Part shown: piece after piece, positions 39,244-50,656 of the stretch
How positions within the stretch are numbered: position 1 is the first letter of the stretch
Layout: the number at the start of each line of letters is the position of its first letter
Assembly: GCA_002269645.1 (NCBI GenBank)
Contig: NIVC01000812.1
Span: forward strand, 1 to 64,000
Direction: 5' to 3'
DNA length: 64,000 nucleotides
From: Macrostomum lignano
Lineage: Eukaryota
Translations under genes and position numbers: made by a program
Notes under the pieces: generated by a model
Told to the model about the DNA's origin: nothing
The model's input: the letters and a program-made list of their open reading frames with translations, nothing else
The model's database searches: none

Positions 39244-40473
39244 ATGAGCCCTCAGCCGTTCGCGCTTCTGAGCCTCTGCATTGCTGGTGAGTCTCGCCGA
39301 TTATGTCAAAATTATTTATAGGCGGCTGCAACTGATGGCATGCCAACGATTATGCCATCAGTTGCAGCCGCCGGGACTCCCAGCTGCCGTAGACTCGTTA
39401 AGTCGCCCGGCCCGATCGCCCTGGACGATCATCGCTGCCGAACCCGCAGCCAGCTCACAGGACTGCGCGCTCAAGTGCGTCATCGCGTCCAGCGACTGCG
39501 CGCTCGCCACCTTCAATAGCGGCAGCCGCCTCTGCAGGACTCTGCGGCTGGTTGAAGCTTCGCCTGAATCGGCGAGACTCGGTGAGCTGGGATCCGAGGC
39601 TGGCGATGAGGTGTGGCTGGCCGAGGACTTCTGGCAGACGGTCGAGCGGCTGAGGCTGTCGGGCAGCGGTGAGTTGCGAAGTCTGCAGCCACAAACTCGT
39701 GCAAATAGCCAGGTAGCTTGCAGTCACTTATTAGCCTACACAGATAGTTTGCATTGTTTGCAGGGCCGACTGCAACCGAGAGCACCTCATCATCCCCCAC
39801 TCACACGTCCGCCTCTGAGACTCTCCTGCCGGTTTCGCATCCCGGATACCAGCAGCAGATCGGGGACAGGACCTTCTGGGTGTTCCAGCAGAGACAGACC
39901 GGAGAGGTGGCCTTCAACAGGACCTGGGGCGAGTATGTCAGCGGCTTCGGGAATGCCGTCGAGTTCTGGATCGGTGAGTCTATTAAAGTTTTCACTTAAA
40001 TGCAAGTGCAAAAAGAATAAAAAGCAATGTGCAATATGCTCCATCTGTACTTAGGACTGAATAGAATCCACGAGTTCACGCTGAACCACACCAGCAACTT
40101 GAGAATCGAGACCCAGACTTTCGACGGAGAGTTCTACGTGTTCGAGTGGCTCGGCTTTAACGTTGGAGACTCCAGCACGAACTACAGGATGAACTACGCC
40201 AGCTTCGGGAGCGGCAGATCCACCATCAACTGCGACTTTTTGTCCAGGGCTCGAGGCCAGCAGTTCTCCACCTTCGACAGGGACAACGACGCTCATTATT
40301 ACAGCTGCAGCACCAACTTTGGAAGCGGCGGCTTCTGGTGGGGTCACTGCATGACGTCCAACCCGAACGGTGTGTACTCAGCCAAGCAGACGACCGGTTA
40401 CTCCCACATGGCCTCTTATTGCATTAGAAGCTGGAAGGCCCTCCGTTCGATGCGGATGATGCTGCAGGTGTGA
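39244..40473 (+). CDS. Secreted PAN/apple-like + S/T linker + FReD protein (FReD gene 3), intact, ~318 aa; exons 39244-39286, 39384-39668, 39764-39973, 40055-40473
   Basis: MSPQPFALLSLCIA|AAVDS signal; QDCALKCVIASSDCALATFNSGSRLC; GYQQQIGDRTFW...; FSTFDRDNDA; GGFWWGHCMTSNPNG; MRMMLQV*. Three phase-1 introns in frame. Confidence 0.88.
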
Positions 40474-40617
40474 AGCTGCACAGATATGATGAAGAATTGC
40501 ATCAAAATTTCGTCTCACACACTGGTAAAGTTTTTGAGAGTTAAAATACAACACCGTAAAACTTTAAAGCAAAGGAACTGGAAGTCTGCAACTCTTGGCA
40601 ATCATTTTTTAGTCCTT

Positions 40618-42861
40618 TGATGTAACCGCCCTTGTCGCCTGTCCGCTCCGTAGAGAGACGAACGCATGACTAGAGGGGGCAATGACCGTAGGCTGCCTAT
40701 GACCGGGCAATGACCTGACGGACCTCCAGCACCAGACTGTCCCGCCCACATGATTGATAGCTTTGGTAGCGCTTTGTGACCAGAGGGCTAAGGACCCACA
40801 TGGACCCCACCTGTAGCCAAGGTGCAATAGTTGGTCCCTCGGTCATAGTATGACCGAGTGGCTGCCACCACTCTATGTGACCTGGCGCACCTAGATCTTT
40901 CTACCAGACCTCTCGAGGCTAGAGCCCCGCCTGGGATGGTTACCAGGAGATTTAGGCCAACAGGGGAGACACATGCAGCCGAGTACAGGGACTCTGCTTG
41001 GGGCATGATCGGGAACTCTGGGCTCAATCCTGGAGGATTTCTCAGCAGGGGATCCTTTGTGGCTGTGAGCGAGGCTGACTTGCGACTTTGATTACTAAGA
41101 GTAGTATGAGGCGAACATGTACTGTCTATAGTTTAGATTGCTCAGGGCGAAGGGACGCGTCAGCATGGGGTTGCAACCTTCCTACTGCCATTCTGTGCCA
41201 AGACTCGCTAATCCCTCTACTGCACGCACACACGGCCCCGCAGCACGCACTCGCAGGCGAGCTTTGCACGGGGAGAGGCCATTAGCTTACCCAAACTTCC
41301 TTATGCTTCGCCACCCCGGGAGAACGGCTTAGCAAGCCATGAGTGAAATGATGGTGAGAGAGTGAATAATGATGAGGTTAGTTAATAGTTAATAATTAAG
41401 CCCTTAGGCAAATAGTCAGGCAATTAGGCGGCTTCACTATTGAGTAAAATACAGCAAAAGATACGGTATCACAATTGGCTCAGCTCTCTAATCAGACAAT
41501 GGCAAATAGGCAAACCCCGGATAAGCAAGGCGATTAGAGCACAAATTAGTAATAGGAACTTACCGGCAGCTGCACAGAGAGAGAGAAAGAGAGAGAGACG
41601 GAGTGACCGAGGGCGGCTGTAGGCTGCAGTCAGGCGGACAGTGAAGCGGCGATGCGCTGGAGCGACGAGGCGCTGATGTAGATCAGGCGATGCTGATGAT
41701 GCTGGGCGGGATCAGACCGCTGGCCGATAGGCGAGCTCACTCGGGGAGCTGGAGATAACTTGGCGGTAACAGACCGCGGACCGGCAGAGGTTCGTCCTGT
41801 AGACGAATAGGTCAGAGCTACGTCTGACAGCAAGTCCAAAGAAAGACGAGGAGCCCGAAGGTCGAACCGGGTCGGAACCGGGTGTCCGAAGGTTGAGGAT
41901 TCTCATGCCGAAAACCGCTTCCTTATATAGCCTTCCCAGCCGCCGCTCCAAGGTCGTTTCCATGACTCCCTCTCTCTGATTGGCTGCCGGCAGAATGACG
42001 TCAGAATGAGTCATGATGAGAAGCATGAGACCGGCAAAGCAACATGAGAAATGGGAGAATTGCGCAATCCGGAGGTGGGGTGGGGGGATAATTGGCGCAG
42101 CGGGAGGTCGCGGGAGTGTTGCGCAAGCAAACATTGAGAACAATGGGGCTGGGGTCGAGAACAAAGGAATTGGAAATCGGGGATAATTGGGGAGAATCGA
42201 GAACAATAGAAAAGCAAACATTGGAGAAAAGGTGATAATTAGGTGCGAAAATGAGAACAATAGAGAGAGAAAATCGGAGAAAATGTGATAATTGGTGGGG
42301 GTAAAGAGAACAAAAGAATCAAAAACGAGAACTATAGAAGCGGAGGTGGGGTGGGTGTCGCATGAGAAATTTGGGGAGGAGAACAATGGCGTGAGAAAAG
42401 GTTGCGCAAGAGAGGGGGATGAGTCATCGATGAGTCATCGAGCGGAAGAAGGGGTCACACGACTTGCGTCACCGTTTGGGAGTTTGAGAAGGGATGGGGT
42501 GACGGTGAGCGCACAAAATACTGTAAGTAGACGCAGAGAAAGGGAGGACAGCGCAGGAAAATAGGGCGAAAAGGGGCAAAAAGAGGGGAGACAGGAAGAG
42601 TGCATAGAGAATAGGGAGGCGCGCAGGGGAGATAAGGTAGAGGGGGAGGTACAAAGAGGGAGGGGGAGCTCCGGAAAGGCAAGTGTGGCGGCAGGGGAGA
42701 CGGAGCCAAGGCAGCAGGGGGTGCAGCAGAGCGGGAGTCTCCAGGCCTGGTCGAAGACCTGGCCGAGTCTCAACAGCTCTGTGCAGGGGGTGCACGGCGA
42801 TAGGAGGCACTTTCGAAAAAGTTCCCCTGCCCTATCCCGCGACCAGAGCGTGGTTACATCA
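40618..42861 (-). mobile_element. Solo LTR (Ty3/gypsy-like), 2244 bp
   Basis: Perfect 10-bp inverted ends TGATGTAACC...GGTTACATCA; CCTT target duplication (40614-17, 42862-65); minus-strand CTATATAAGG (~41921-30), CCAATC (~41978) and TGACGTCA (~41996); no coding capacity. Confidence 0.85.
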
Positions 42862-43185
42862 CCTTCTTGATTAATTCTTATTTTCTACGAACCCGAGTAT
42901 AGAGACTCCCTGCCCAGGCTCGGCAGTTCTGTGTAAAGAAAAGTCAGGAACAGCACTGTAATTGATGGCTTATTGACTAAAAAATGCTACATAGCCAAAG
43001 CTTACACTCTACCGGCTCGAAATGCGCAGCGGCAACGCCTGTTCAGCTTTGAATGTCCCTCCAGTTTCGATATGAAATATTACCCAATAGTAATGTATTA
43101 TTTAGACAGAGAAGTGGCAAACTTAAATATATCTACGAGCGAACTATTATTGAGCGCAAGGCGCGAGTCGGCAAAGTCTCCGCAG

Positions 43186-45508
43186 TCAGTCACTGTCGTC
43201 GCTGCACCGCTGCAGCTCAGTCACTGTGTCCCGGATGGTGTGGACGCACAGCTGCAGGTCCCTGGACAGCGCCACCAGCGACTCCGCCACGGACCCGATC
43301 AGGGCCTCCTCGCTGCCCTGCTGGGGCCGCCGCCGCCGCCGCCGCCCCTGCCGCTTCGACAGCGAGCTGCACCGAGTCGCGGAAGCTCCGCTGCCGATCG
43401 TTCGGTTTCTGCAGCTGCGCCTACTGACTGCGTTGGACTGGTTGCCGTCCGCCCGCGCCTCGGCCCCGCCCTCCGTCAGCAGCGGCTCGTCTTCGTCATC
43501 AGCGTCGGTCCCGGCGAGCCCCGGGCTGCCCAACTCGCAGGTGACCTCGCAGATTTGAAATCGGCAGTGCTCCACGCAGGGTCGCTGCGGCTGCCGCCGC
43601 TCAAGTTGCTGCGGCCGGCGCTGGCAGCTTCTTCGACTCGATGGTGTCGCTGTACGCGAGGAAACCGCCGAGGCATCGGCGAACGGGTGCCGCCTCTGCT
43701 GCCGCCGCCGCCTTCGGGCCGCCCGGTCCAGAGTCTGCACGAGGCTGTCCAGACCGCCGCCGTCCGCCTTCGCCAGAGTAGCCGTCGCCGTCGGTGACTT
43801 CGGCGAGTCTCTCTGGCTGGATTGTCGGCTGTTCATGTTCGTGTCTGCCGAGCCGCGCCGCCTCCCGGGCTGCTGGCCCCGCCAGCTTGGAAGCCTCTGC
43901 GGTCGCCTGGTTGAGTCGCTGTCGCTGCTGGCCTCGTCAGCCAGAATTTCATTGGCGCTCGTCGACTCGGCGACCAGCGAGCGGGCCGTCTCCGACTGCC
44001 GCGCCCACTGCTGCGCCGGGCACGGTGCCGTCGCCGTGGCAGCCGCCCTTCGGCCGACGCCGGCGTCAGCTCGCGGCTCCCATGGCACGCCTGCTGCCAG
44101 TCGTTCGCGGACTCCTCCGTGATTCGAGCTGCTGACGAAGACGACTCTGCCGATGTCCCCGCAGTTGCAGCCGCAGCCGCCGCCGCTGCCGCCTCCCCAG
44201 CCGCCGTCTTGGCGGAAGAAGCGCCGCAGCAGCCGCGGCCCGGGCAGAAAAATGCGTTCAGCCGTCGGCCGACAACCCGCAGAACTCCGGCGGCCTCCTC
44301 TGCGGACTCGGCATTTCTAAGGCGGCTTTCTATGAGCTGCTGGCGCTCGGGCCGTTGATGCTGCAGCAGCTCCATCTGCCGCTGAGGCTGCTCATCCCGC
44401 TGCCCTATCGGCTCATCCTCGCTGGTCAGTTCGTCTCCAATAAGCCGCAGCTGCCTTGGCGGCCACCGCTGCTGCTCTCTCGTCCTCGTCTCTTGGGGTC
44501 TCTCGTCCCTCCGGCAGCCCAGGTGACTGGCCGATCGGCGTCGAACCCCCTCTGAATTCCTCGGTGGCGGCTCCTCTCGAGGCTCCGGCGGCTTCTGCGG
44601 AGGCGGCGGCAGAGGCTCCAGAGATTCAAAGTCCGGCGCCACGTTGTCGGTGTCGTCGGAGCGAATCGGCGCCGAGCCCGGCTGCGGCAGGTCGGCCGTG
44701 TCGGTCTGGCAGGCGGCCGTGCGGCTGTCGCGGGCCTCCGGCCGGCCGCGCGGTGTCCGCAGCTGCACGACGGGCGGCGGCCGGAGTGGCCTATCCGGGC
44801 CGGAGCAGCGGAAGACGGCGCACAGCGACCGCTCCGCGGTGCCAACTGTCGCCGAGTCGGCGACTGGCGGCGGCTGCAACGGCGTGCAGACCTCAGTCGG
44901 CGAGCTCTCCGAGGCCTCCTTGGCCGCGGCTACGGGCAGGCTGCTCAGAAAGGTGCTCTCAAAGAAGTACCGCGTCCGAGTGCTGGCTGCCGACCGAGCG
45001 TCGTAGGGGGTCGCCAGGCCGGGTTCCTGTGGTGGCGGCGGGGGCGGGGCGGCGGCGGCGGCGGCGGTGGTGGTGGCGGCGGTGGCGGTTGCGGAGGTTG
45101 CGACCTGCCCGCCCGCCCAGCCTGCATGTGGCCGTGGCAGACGGCCGCCCGGATCCTGTAGAAGTCCCGGTCGCCTCGTCCCGTTGGAGTCGGCCTGGCC
45201 GTCGTCTCGTCGCTTCCGCGCTCGCTGCTGTCCATGAAGCTGAAGGTGTGCGGGTGCTGGCTGAGCAGCACGGAGGCGCGGTCAAGGATGGCCGCCACGC
45301 TGTCGTCAGGATTGGCCGGGCGCGGGTGCCGGTAGTGCAGCCGGCGGAGCGGCGCCACCTGCAGCGGTGACTCGCTGTCGGTGTCGCCTCCCGCGGCCCC
45401 GCTGCTGTGCTGCTGCTGCTGCTGGCGGAGCTCGTCGCTGCTGCTGAGCTGCATCCGGATACCGACGGTGGTGTCGGACCTGTCCGGATCGCCGTACCGC
45501 GCCCACAT
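43186..45508 (-). CDS. Low-complexity orphan protein (~774 aa after correcting two -1 frameshifts near 45045 and 44047)
   Basis: Three consecutive GC-rich ORFs (45508-, 44879-, 44088-) join with +1 nt each in C/G runs; poly-P, poly-A and poly-Q tracts, acidic/helical C-terminus. No recognisable domain. Confidence 0.55.
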
Positions 45509-46967
45509 GCCGCAAGGGTCGAATGAATCGAAGGTAGAGTTCCGATGCCGTCAGCCAGTTCCGCTTGTGAACACCCAGGGGCATGGGATTTGTAGTTTGA
45601 TTGCGTAGCGCTTCTTTGTAAAAGCGGCAAGTGGGGGTTCGGGCCATAGACTATTGCGGGAGTCGGTGAATAGAAACTCGTTTGCTCCCACGCGCATGAG
45701 GGCCAGACCCTGGTTTTCTAACTTGTCTCATTTTTAATCCAAGCCGCCATGCCAGCGTCAAAAACTAGCCATTCTACTATGAGTAGAGCAGTCTGGGTGT
45801 TTGGCCCGGTTGAGAGACTGACGGGAAGCAACAGCCTCTCTGAATCGATGCATCCATGATGCTCGCCTTTTTTCTTAGAAACTCAGCCACTCCGTCCTGT
45901 AAGAAGGGAAAGTTGAGTGACAGCTCAAGTCGGGAATGAACCGCGCCTCGGCCCACTTGACGAATGCCTTTTCCTGCCCTTGGCTAAGCACGTAAGGCCT
46001 CTGGACTTATCTCTAAGTTGCGAGACTCATGAGACAGAGACAGCACTCCAAATAAACGATATGTTGCGTATTATACTTTTAACCATATCGAAGAAAAGCT
46101 TTTGGAAGGAGTGCAGACTCGAACCAGCGTCCATTCCCGCTTAAAGAACGATGTTGACCTTGTCAAGGCCCATGAGACCGTCGATCGCTCAATCAATCAC
46201 TTTCTGGCTTTAGGGCAGATTAGCCTGATTGCGGGGAGTACTCAAAACCTGAGGAGTCTCCCGTGCTTCCTGACAAATTGTATGCTTATTGAGTACGCCA
46301 GAACCTGCGGAGCGACCTGTTTATTCATTCCAGTCACCGAAGCATCAATAGAAAATTATGAACTTTTTCTTTACTGCCTTTTCGTACGAATTATTTACTA
46401 AATTGTCGGGCTCTGTCCCCCATCTCTACTCTGTTTGTCGCCCCGCCCCACCCGGTTTCCATGGCTTTGTTGACGCGCAAACCACCCTGAGCACACACAC
46501 ACTGAGAGTCCTGAGTCCTGACTGAGCAGCTGTACTCTGCCTTCACAGCTCTCCCTCATCCCCCCAACCAAGCATTTCTCCCTTGCCCGGCCCCGACATC
46601 CAGTCTCTCTTTCTCCGCTCCCACCACCCAGCACTTCCCCTCGCGCTTCCCTCAGCCGGCCTGCCGATCTCGCTAATAATAAATCCGACTTGTGAGTTCT
46701 CTCTCCGGCTGGCTCGCGCGTTGCCTCCCCCGTCACCTGCAGCTCAAGCAAGTCCCAAGCAACTCAACTCTGCCTCTGTGGCGGGACCTTCGCTTCGCGG
46801 TTGGGGCTTCGTCAATTAGTTCTGTCGAGTTGATTTAATTATTTCAAGTCCAGTTTAACCGAGCAGCTCAGACTGACTGCAGCTCCTGGTAACTTGAGGT
46901 GAACATGAGGTGAGCTTTGAAGGTAAACTTGAAAACCTTTCTTGGGTTTGTGAAGCTTGGGGTTTAG

Positions 46968-47825
46968 TGCGCAGTACGACTCGGCGCGGATGAGATGGCC
47001 TGCGAGCTGGAGTCGCCGACGGCGCAGTAGATCACTTGGACGTGGCAGGCCAGCGCGGCGATAGAGTGCCGCGTTGGTGACTCGCTCGACGCCGATGTTG
47101 AAGGCGGCGCGCAGCAGGCCAGCGTGCGCCGCATCGACTTGCTGTTCGAGTGAGTCCATCAGCGTCCAGGCCTCGGCGTTGTACAACAGGACGCTCTCGA
47201 TTACCGCCTGGAACAGTGCCGCCCTCTGGCGGTCCGGTAGGGCCTCGGACTGCCCTCACAGAACGAAAGGCAGCCCAGGCAAGCCCGCGGCGGCGTCGCA
47301 GGTCCTCGCGAGCGTCTGGAACCAGACCGCCGAGGTAGACGAACTTCTGACATCGCGGGAGTTCGGTCGCCTGCCCGTCAGCGCCTCGGCAAAATATTGC
47401 AGCCTCGATGTCGTCCGGCAGGCAGAGCACAACGGTCTTCTGCGTGTTGACCACCACGCCGACACTCGCCGCAACGGCAACTAGCCTGTCCAGCTGCCGT
47501 TGGGCGCCCTCGACGGTCGAGGACAGCAGGGCGAAGTCGTCGGCGTAGCCAAGCACGCTGAGCCGCTTCTCCGGTTGACGTCGACCCACGCGTCGCCGCA
47601 GCAGAAAACCGTCGTCGTCGGTAGGAAGAGCAGTCCGCAGCACCCAGTCAAGCACCAGGACGAACAGGAACGGCGCCAGCGTATCTCCCTGAAGTACTCC
47701 GGAGGATGTCTCAAAGGATTCCGATAGGCCGTCCGGTGTTGTTACAGCAGCTGTCGTATCACGGTACATCGCCATGATGGCGGAGATCAGCTGCTCAGGC
47801 ACGTTGTACGCGCGGAGCACCACAG
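46968..47825 (-). mobile_element. RTE-clade non-LTR retrotransposon, internal reverse-transcriptase fragment
   Basis: GVLQGDTLAPFLFVLVLDWVL, LGYADDFAL, VNTQKT, FVYLGG, LLYNAEAWTL, RRLQLAGHLIRAE. Small frameshifting deletion near 47255; both ends truncated. Confidence 0.9.
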
Positions 47826-47831
47826 CGCGGA

Positions 47832-48135
47832 GGGTTGTGGAGCTGTGGTGTAAGGTTGTGGAGCTTGGGTGTAGGGTTGTGGAGCTTGGGTGTAGGGTTG
47901 TGGAGCTTGGGTGTAAGGTTGTGGAGCTTGAGTGTAGGGTTGTGGAGCTTGGGTGTAGGGTTGTGGAGCTTGAGTGTAAGGTTGTGGAGCTTGGGGTGTA
48001 GGGTTGTGAAGCTGTGGTGTAAGGTTGTGGAGCTTCGGTGTAGGGTTGTGAAGATTGGGGTGTAGAGTTGTGAAGATTGGGGTGTAAGGTTGTGAAGCTG
48101 TGGTGTAAGGTTGTGGAGCTGTGGTGTAGGGTTGT
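47832..48135. repeat. ~21-22-bp minisatellite (GGGTTGTGGAGCTTGGGTGTA)
   Basis: Direct inspection. Confidence 0.92.
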
Positions 48136-48499
48136 AGAGTTTGCATATTGTGAATCTTATGATTCCTAAAACTAGTTTCTCTAAGAGCAGCTGAGGGCCG
48201 CAGTCAGCTCCCCGGGTCCGACCCTCTGCTGTTCTCTCTAACATTGAGCGCTGCAGCGGCCTCACAGAGCCTTGATGAGGCGGCCGGGATTTTTTTCTGC
48301 AGGCCGTCTAAAAATAGACTTTAAAGAATCGGTTCCTTAGTAACGCATATTAAGCTGACAAAAAGACCGTCCTTGCAATTATCAAAGAGCATCCTTACAA
48401 AAGATTAAAGACAAGAGACAAAACATGGAAATGGAGATTAGAGAGTCACATTAGGGAAGAGTGACACAGTGGTGAACAACGGAGACAAGAGACAAGGAA

Positions 48500-49028
48500 C
48501 AGGACGAGTGTCACATAAAAGCCAAGAGAGTGACACAAAGGGGACCAAAGGGTAACACAGAGGGGACAGGGAGAGTGACACAGAGGGGACAGGGAGAGTG
48601 ACACAGAGGGGACAGGGAGAGTGACACAGAGGGGACAGGGAGAGTGACACAGAGGGGACAGGGAGAGTGACACAGAGGGACAGGGAGAGTGACACAGAGG
48701 GGACAGGGAGAGTGACACAGAGGGGACAGGGAGAGTGACACAGAGGAGACAGGGAGAGTGACACAGAGGGGACCAGAGGGTGACACAGAGGAGACAGGGA
48801 GAGTGACACAGGGGGGACAGTGAGAGTGACACAGAGGGGACCAGAGGGTGACACAGAGGGGACCAGAGGGTGACACATAGGAAGCCAGAGGGTGACACAG
48901 AGGGGACACGGAGAGTGACACAGAGGGGACCAGAGGGGACACGGAGAGTGACACAGAGGGGACCAGAGGGTGACACAGAGGGGACCAGAGGGTGACACAT
49001 AGGAGGCCAGAGGGTGACACAGAGGGTG
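48500..49028. repeat. 23-bp minisatellite (GAGTGACACAGAGGGGACAGGGA)
   Basis: Direct inspection. Confidence 0.92.
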
Positions 49029-49099
49029 ACGTGAGGACACCTGCCAACCCTCAGGCCGGGGCCACCGCACGGGCGGCCGCAGCGGGCATGACAGGCGGC

Positions 49100-49510
49100 A
49101 TGGGTTGCTGCCTGGCCAGCCTTTGCCGCCGGTGCTGCCGACAAGCTCAGCGCAGTCGTCGGCACGCCGCCAAAGTCGCGCCCGAAGGTCCGGCAGAAGC
49201 CGAACGGCCTGTCCCGACGCCGCCTCCGCAGCCTTCGCAGCCGCCGCCGCCGCCGTCAACGCCTCCACCTCCGCTGCCCATCTCGGACTTTCCCTACCTG
49301 CCGCACGGCTCGCAGCAGTTCCGGTCCAGCCGGGCCATCAACAGGCTGGGCCAGAGCCTGACAGTCAGCCTGTCGCAAGACTGCGACCTGCTCACCGTGG
49401 AGCTCTCTTGCGCCGGCGCTCAAGATGCTGAGGGGGATGCGGCGTCGGACTCGGCCATTGCCACCTGGGATTGGTGGAAGTCGCCCACACGGAGGCCGCA
49501 GTCGCGGTGA
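49100..49510 (+). CDS. Small proline-rich protein with MGCC N-terminus (136 aa), or terminal exon of a larger gene
   Basis: GC-rich ORF MGCCLASLCRRCCRQ...PPPP...DFPYLPHGSQQFRSSRAINRLGQSLTVSLSQDCDLLTVELSC...WDWWKSP; in-frame cctcag acceptor ~45 nt upstream. Confidence 0.5.
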   Translation: MGCCLASLCRRCCRQAQRSRRHAAKVAPEGPAEAERPVPTPPPQPSQPPPPPSTPPPPLPISDFPYLPHGSQQFRSSRAINRLGQSLTVSLSQDCDLLTVELSCAGAQDAEGDAASDSAIATWDWWKSPTRRPQSR

Positions 49511-49759
49511 CGGCAGAGTGCGTGAAGATTAAAAAACTGTTTAAAATTCAGAGCTAAAACTCGAGCAAAGCCACTGTTCTTCCCATAGCTCGTGTATTTC
49601 TCCTACGAGCTTATCGTCTCTGTTCATCTATAGTGAGGAAGATTCATTCCATGGCAGGCTAACCTTTCATATTGACACATGTAAACTTCTATCAAGTATG
49701 TCAGCTTTGTATACTACTGCTATTACCATGCTACAGCGTATTGTTTCTTGTGGGCCTCA

Positions 49760-50225
49760 TACTAGTCACGTGACAACAGTTGCATCATCAAATAGCAGCA
49801 TATTGGCTGTGGCAAGTCACGTGACAGCTGTTGCATCATCCAAAAGCAGCATATTGGCTGTGGCAAGTCACGTGACAGCTGTTGCATCATCCAATAGCAG
49901 CATATTGGCTGTGGCAAGTCACGTGACAGCTGTTGCATCATCCAATACTCGTAGCAGAATATTGGCTATGGCAAGTCACGTGACAGTGACAGTTGTTGCG
50001 TCATCCAATAGCAGCATATGGCTGTGGCAAGTCACGTGACAGGTGTTGCGTCATCCAATAGCAGCATATTGGCTGTGGCAAGTCACGTGACAGCTGTTGC
50101 ATCATCCAATAGCAGCATATTGGCTGTGGCAAGTCACGTGACAGCTTTTGCGTCCAATAGCAGCAAATTGGCTGTGGCAAGTCACGTGACAGCTTTTGCG
50201 TCCAATAGCACCATATTGGCTGTGA
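49760..50225. repeat. ~51-bp minisatellite, each unit with GTCACGTGAC and CCAAT..ATTGG
   Basis: Nine GTCACGTGAC at 49765, 49816, 49867, 49918, 49975, 50031, 50082, 50133, 50181. Confidence 0.92.
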
Positions 50226-50656
50226 CATTGACTTTGTTTGTCTTCAAGCTTCAGAAACTCTATAAAGCACTGTCTTTCAGAATTTTCATTAAAAAACCAT
50301 AAATGCAGCACTCACTGATAATCTCTCTTGCTTAGCAACTAGGCAACCAAATTTAGCTCATAATTGTGTTAATCTTTCTTTTGTAAGTTTCTCCACTTTG
50401 CGAGCTACAGCTCTACCTTGCTTTCTAAGTCAACAATAAATCCACTAGCAAAACTGACTTTTCTCCCCACTAAATTTTCCACAAAAGAAATAAAACCAAA
50501 ATTCCCAACAAAGTCTTGATGTGCTACTGTTGGAAAAAAAGCGGCATTACCATCTGCCTAGCGCAATGGTTGTACATATTTTAGTTCAGCCGAGTCAAGT
50601 CAAGAAACTTCGAATAAAATAAAAAATGATGCTTCAGTATCGGAGCTCGGCAGGAA

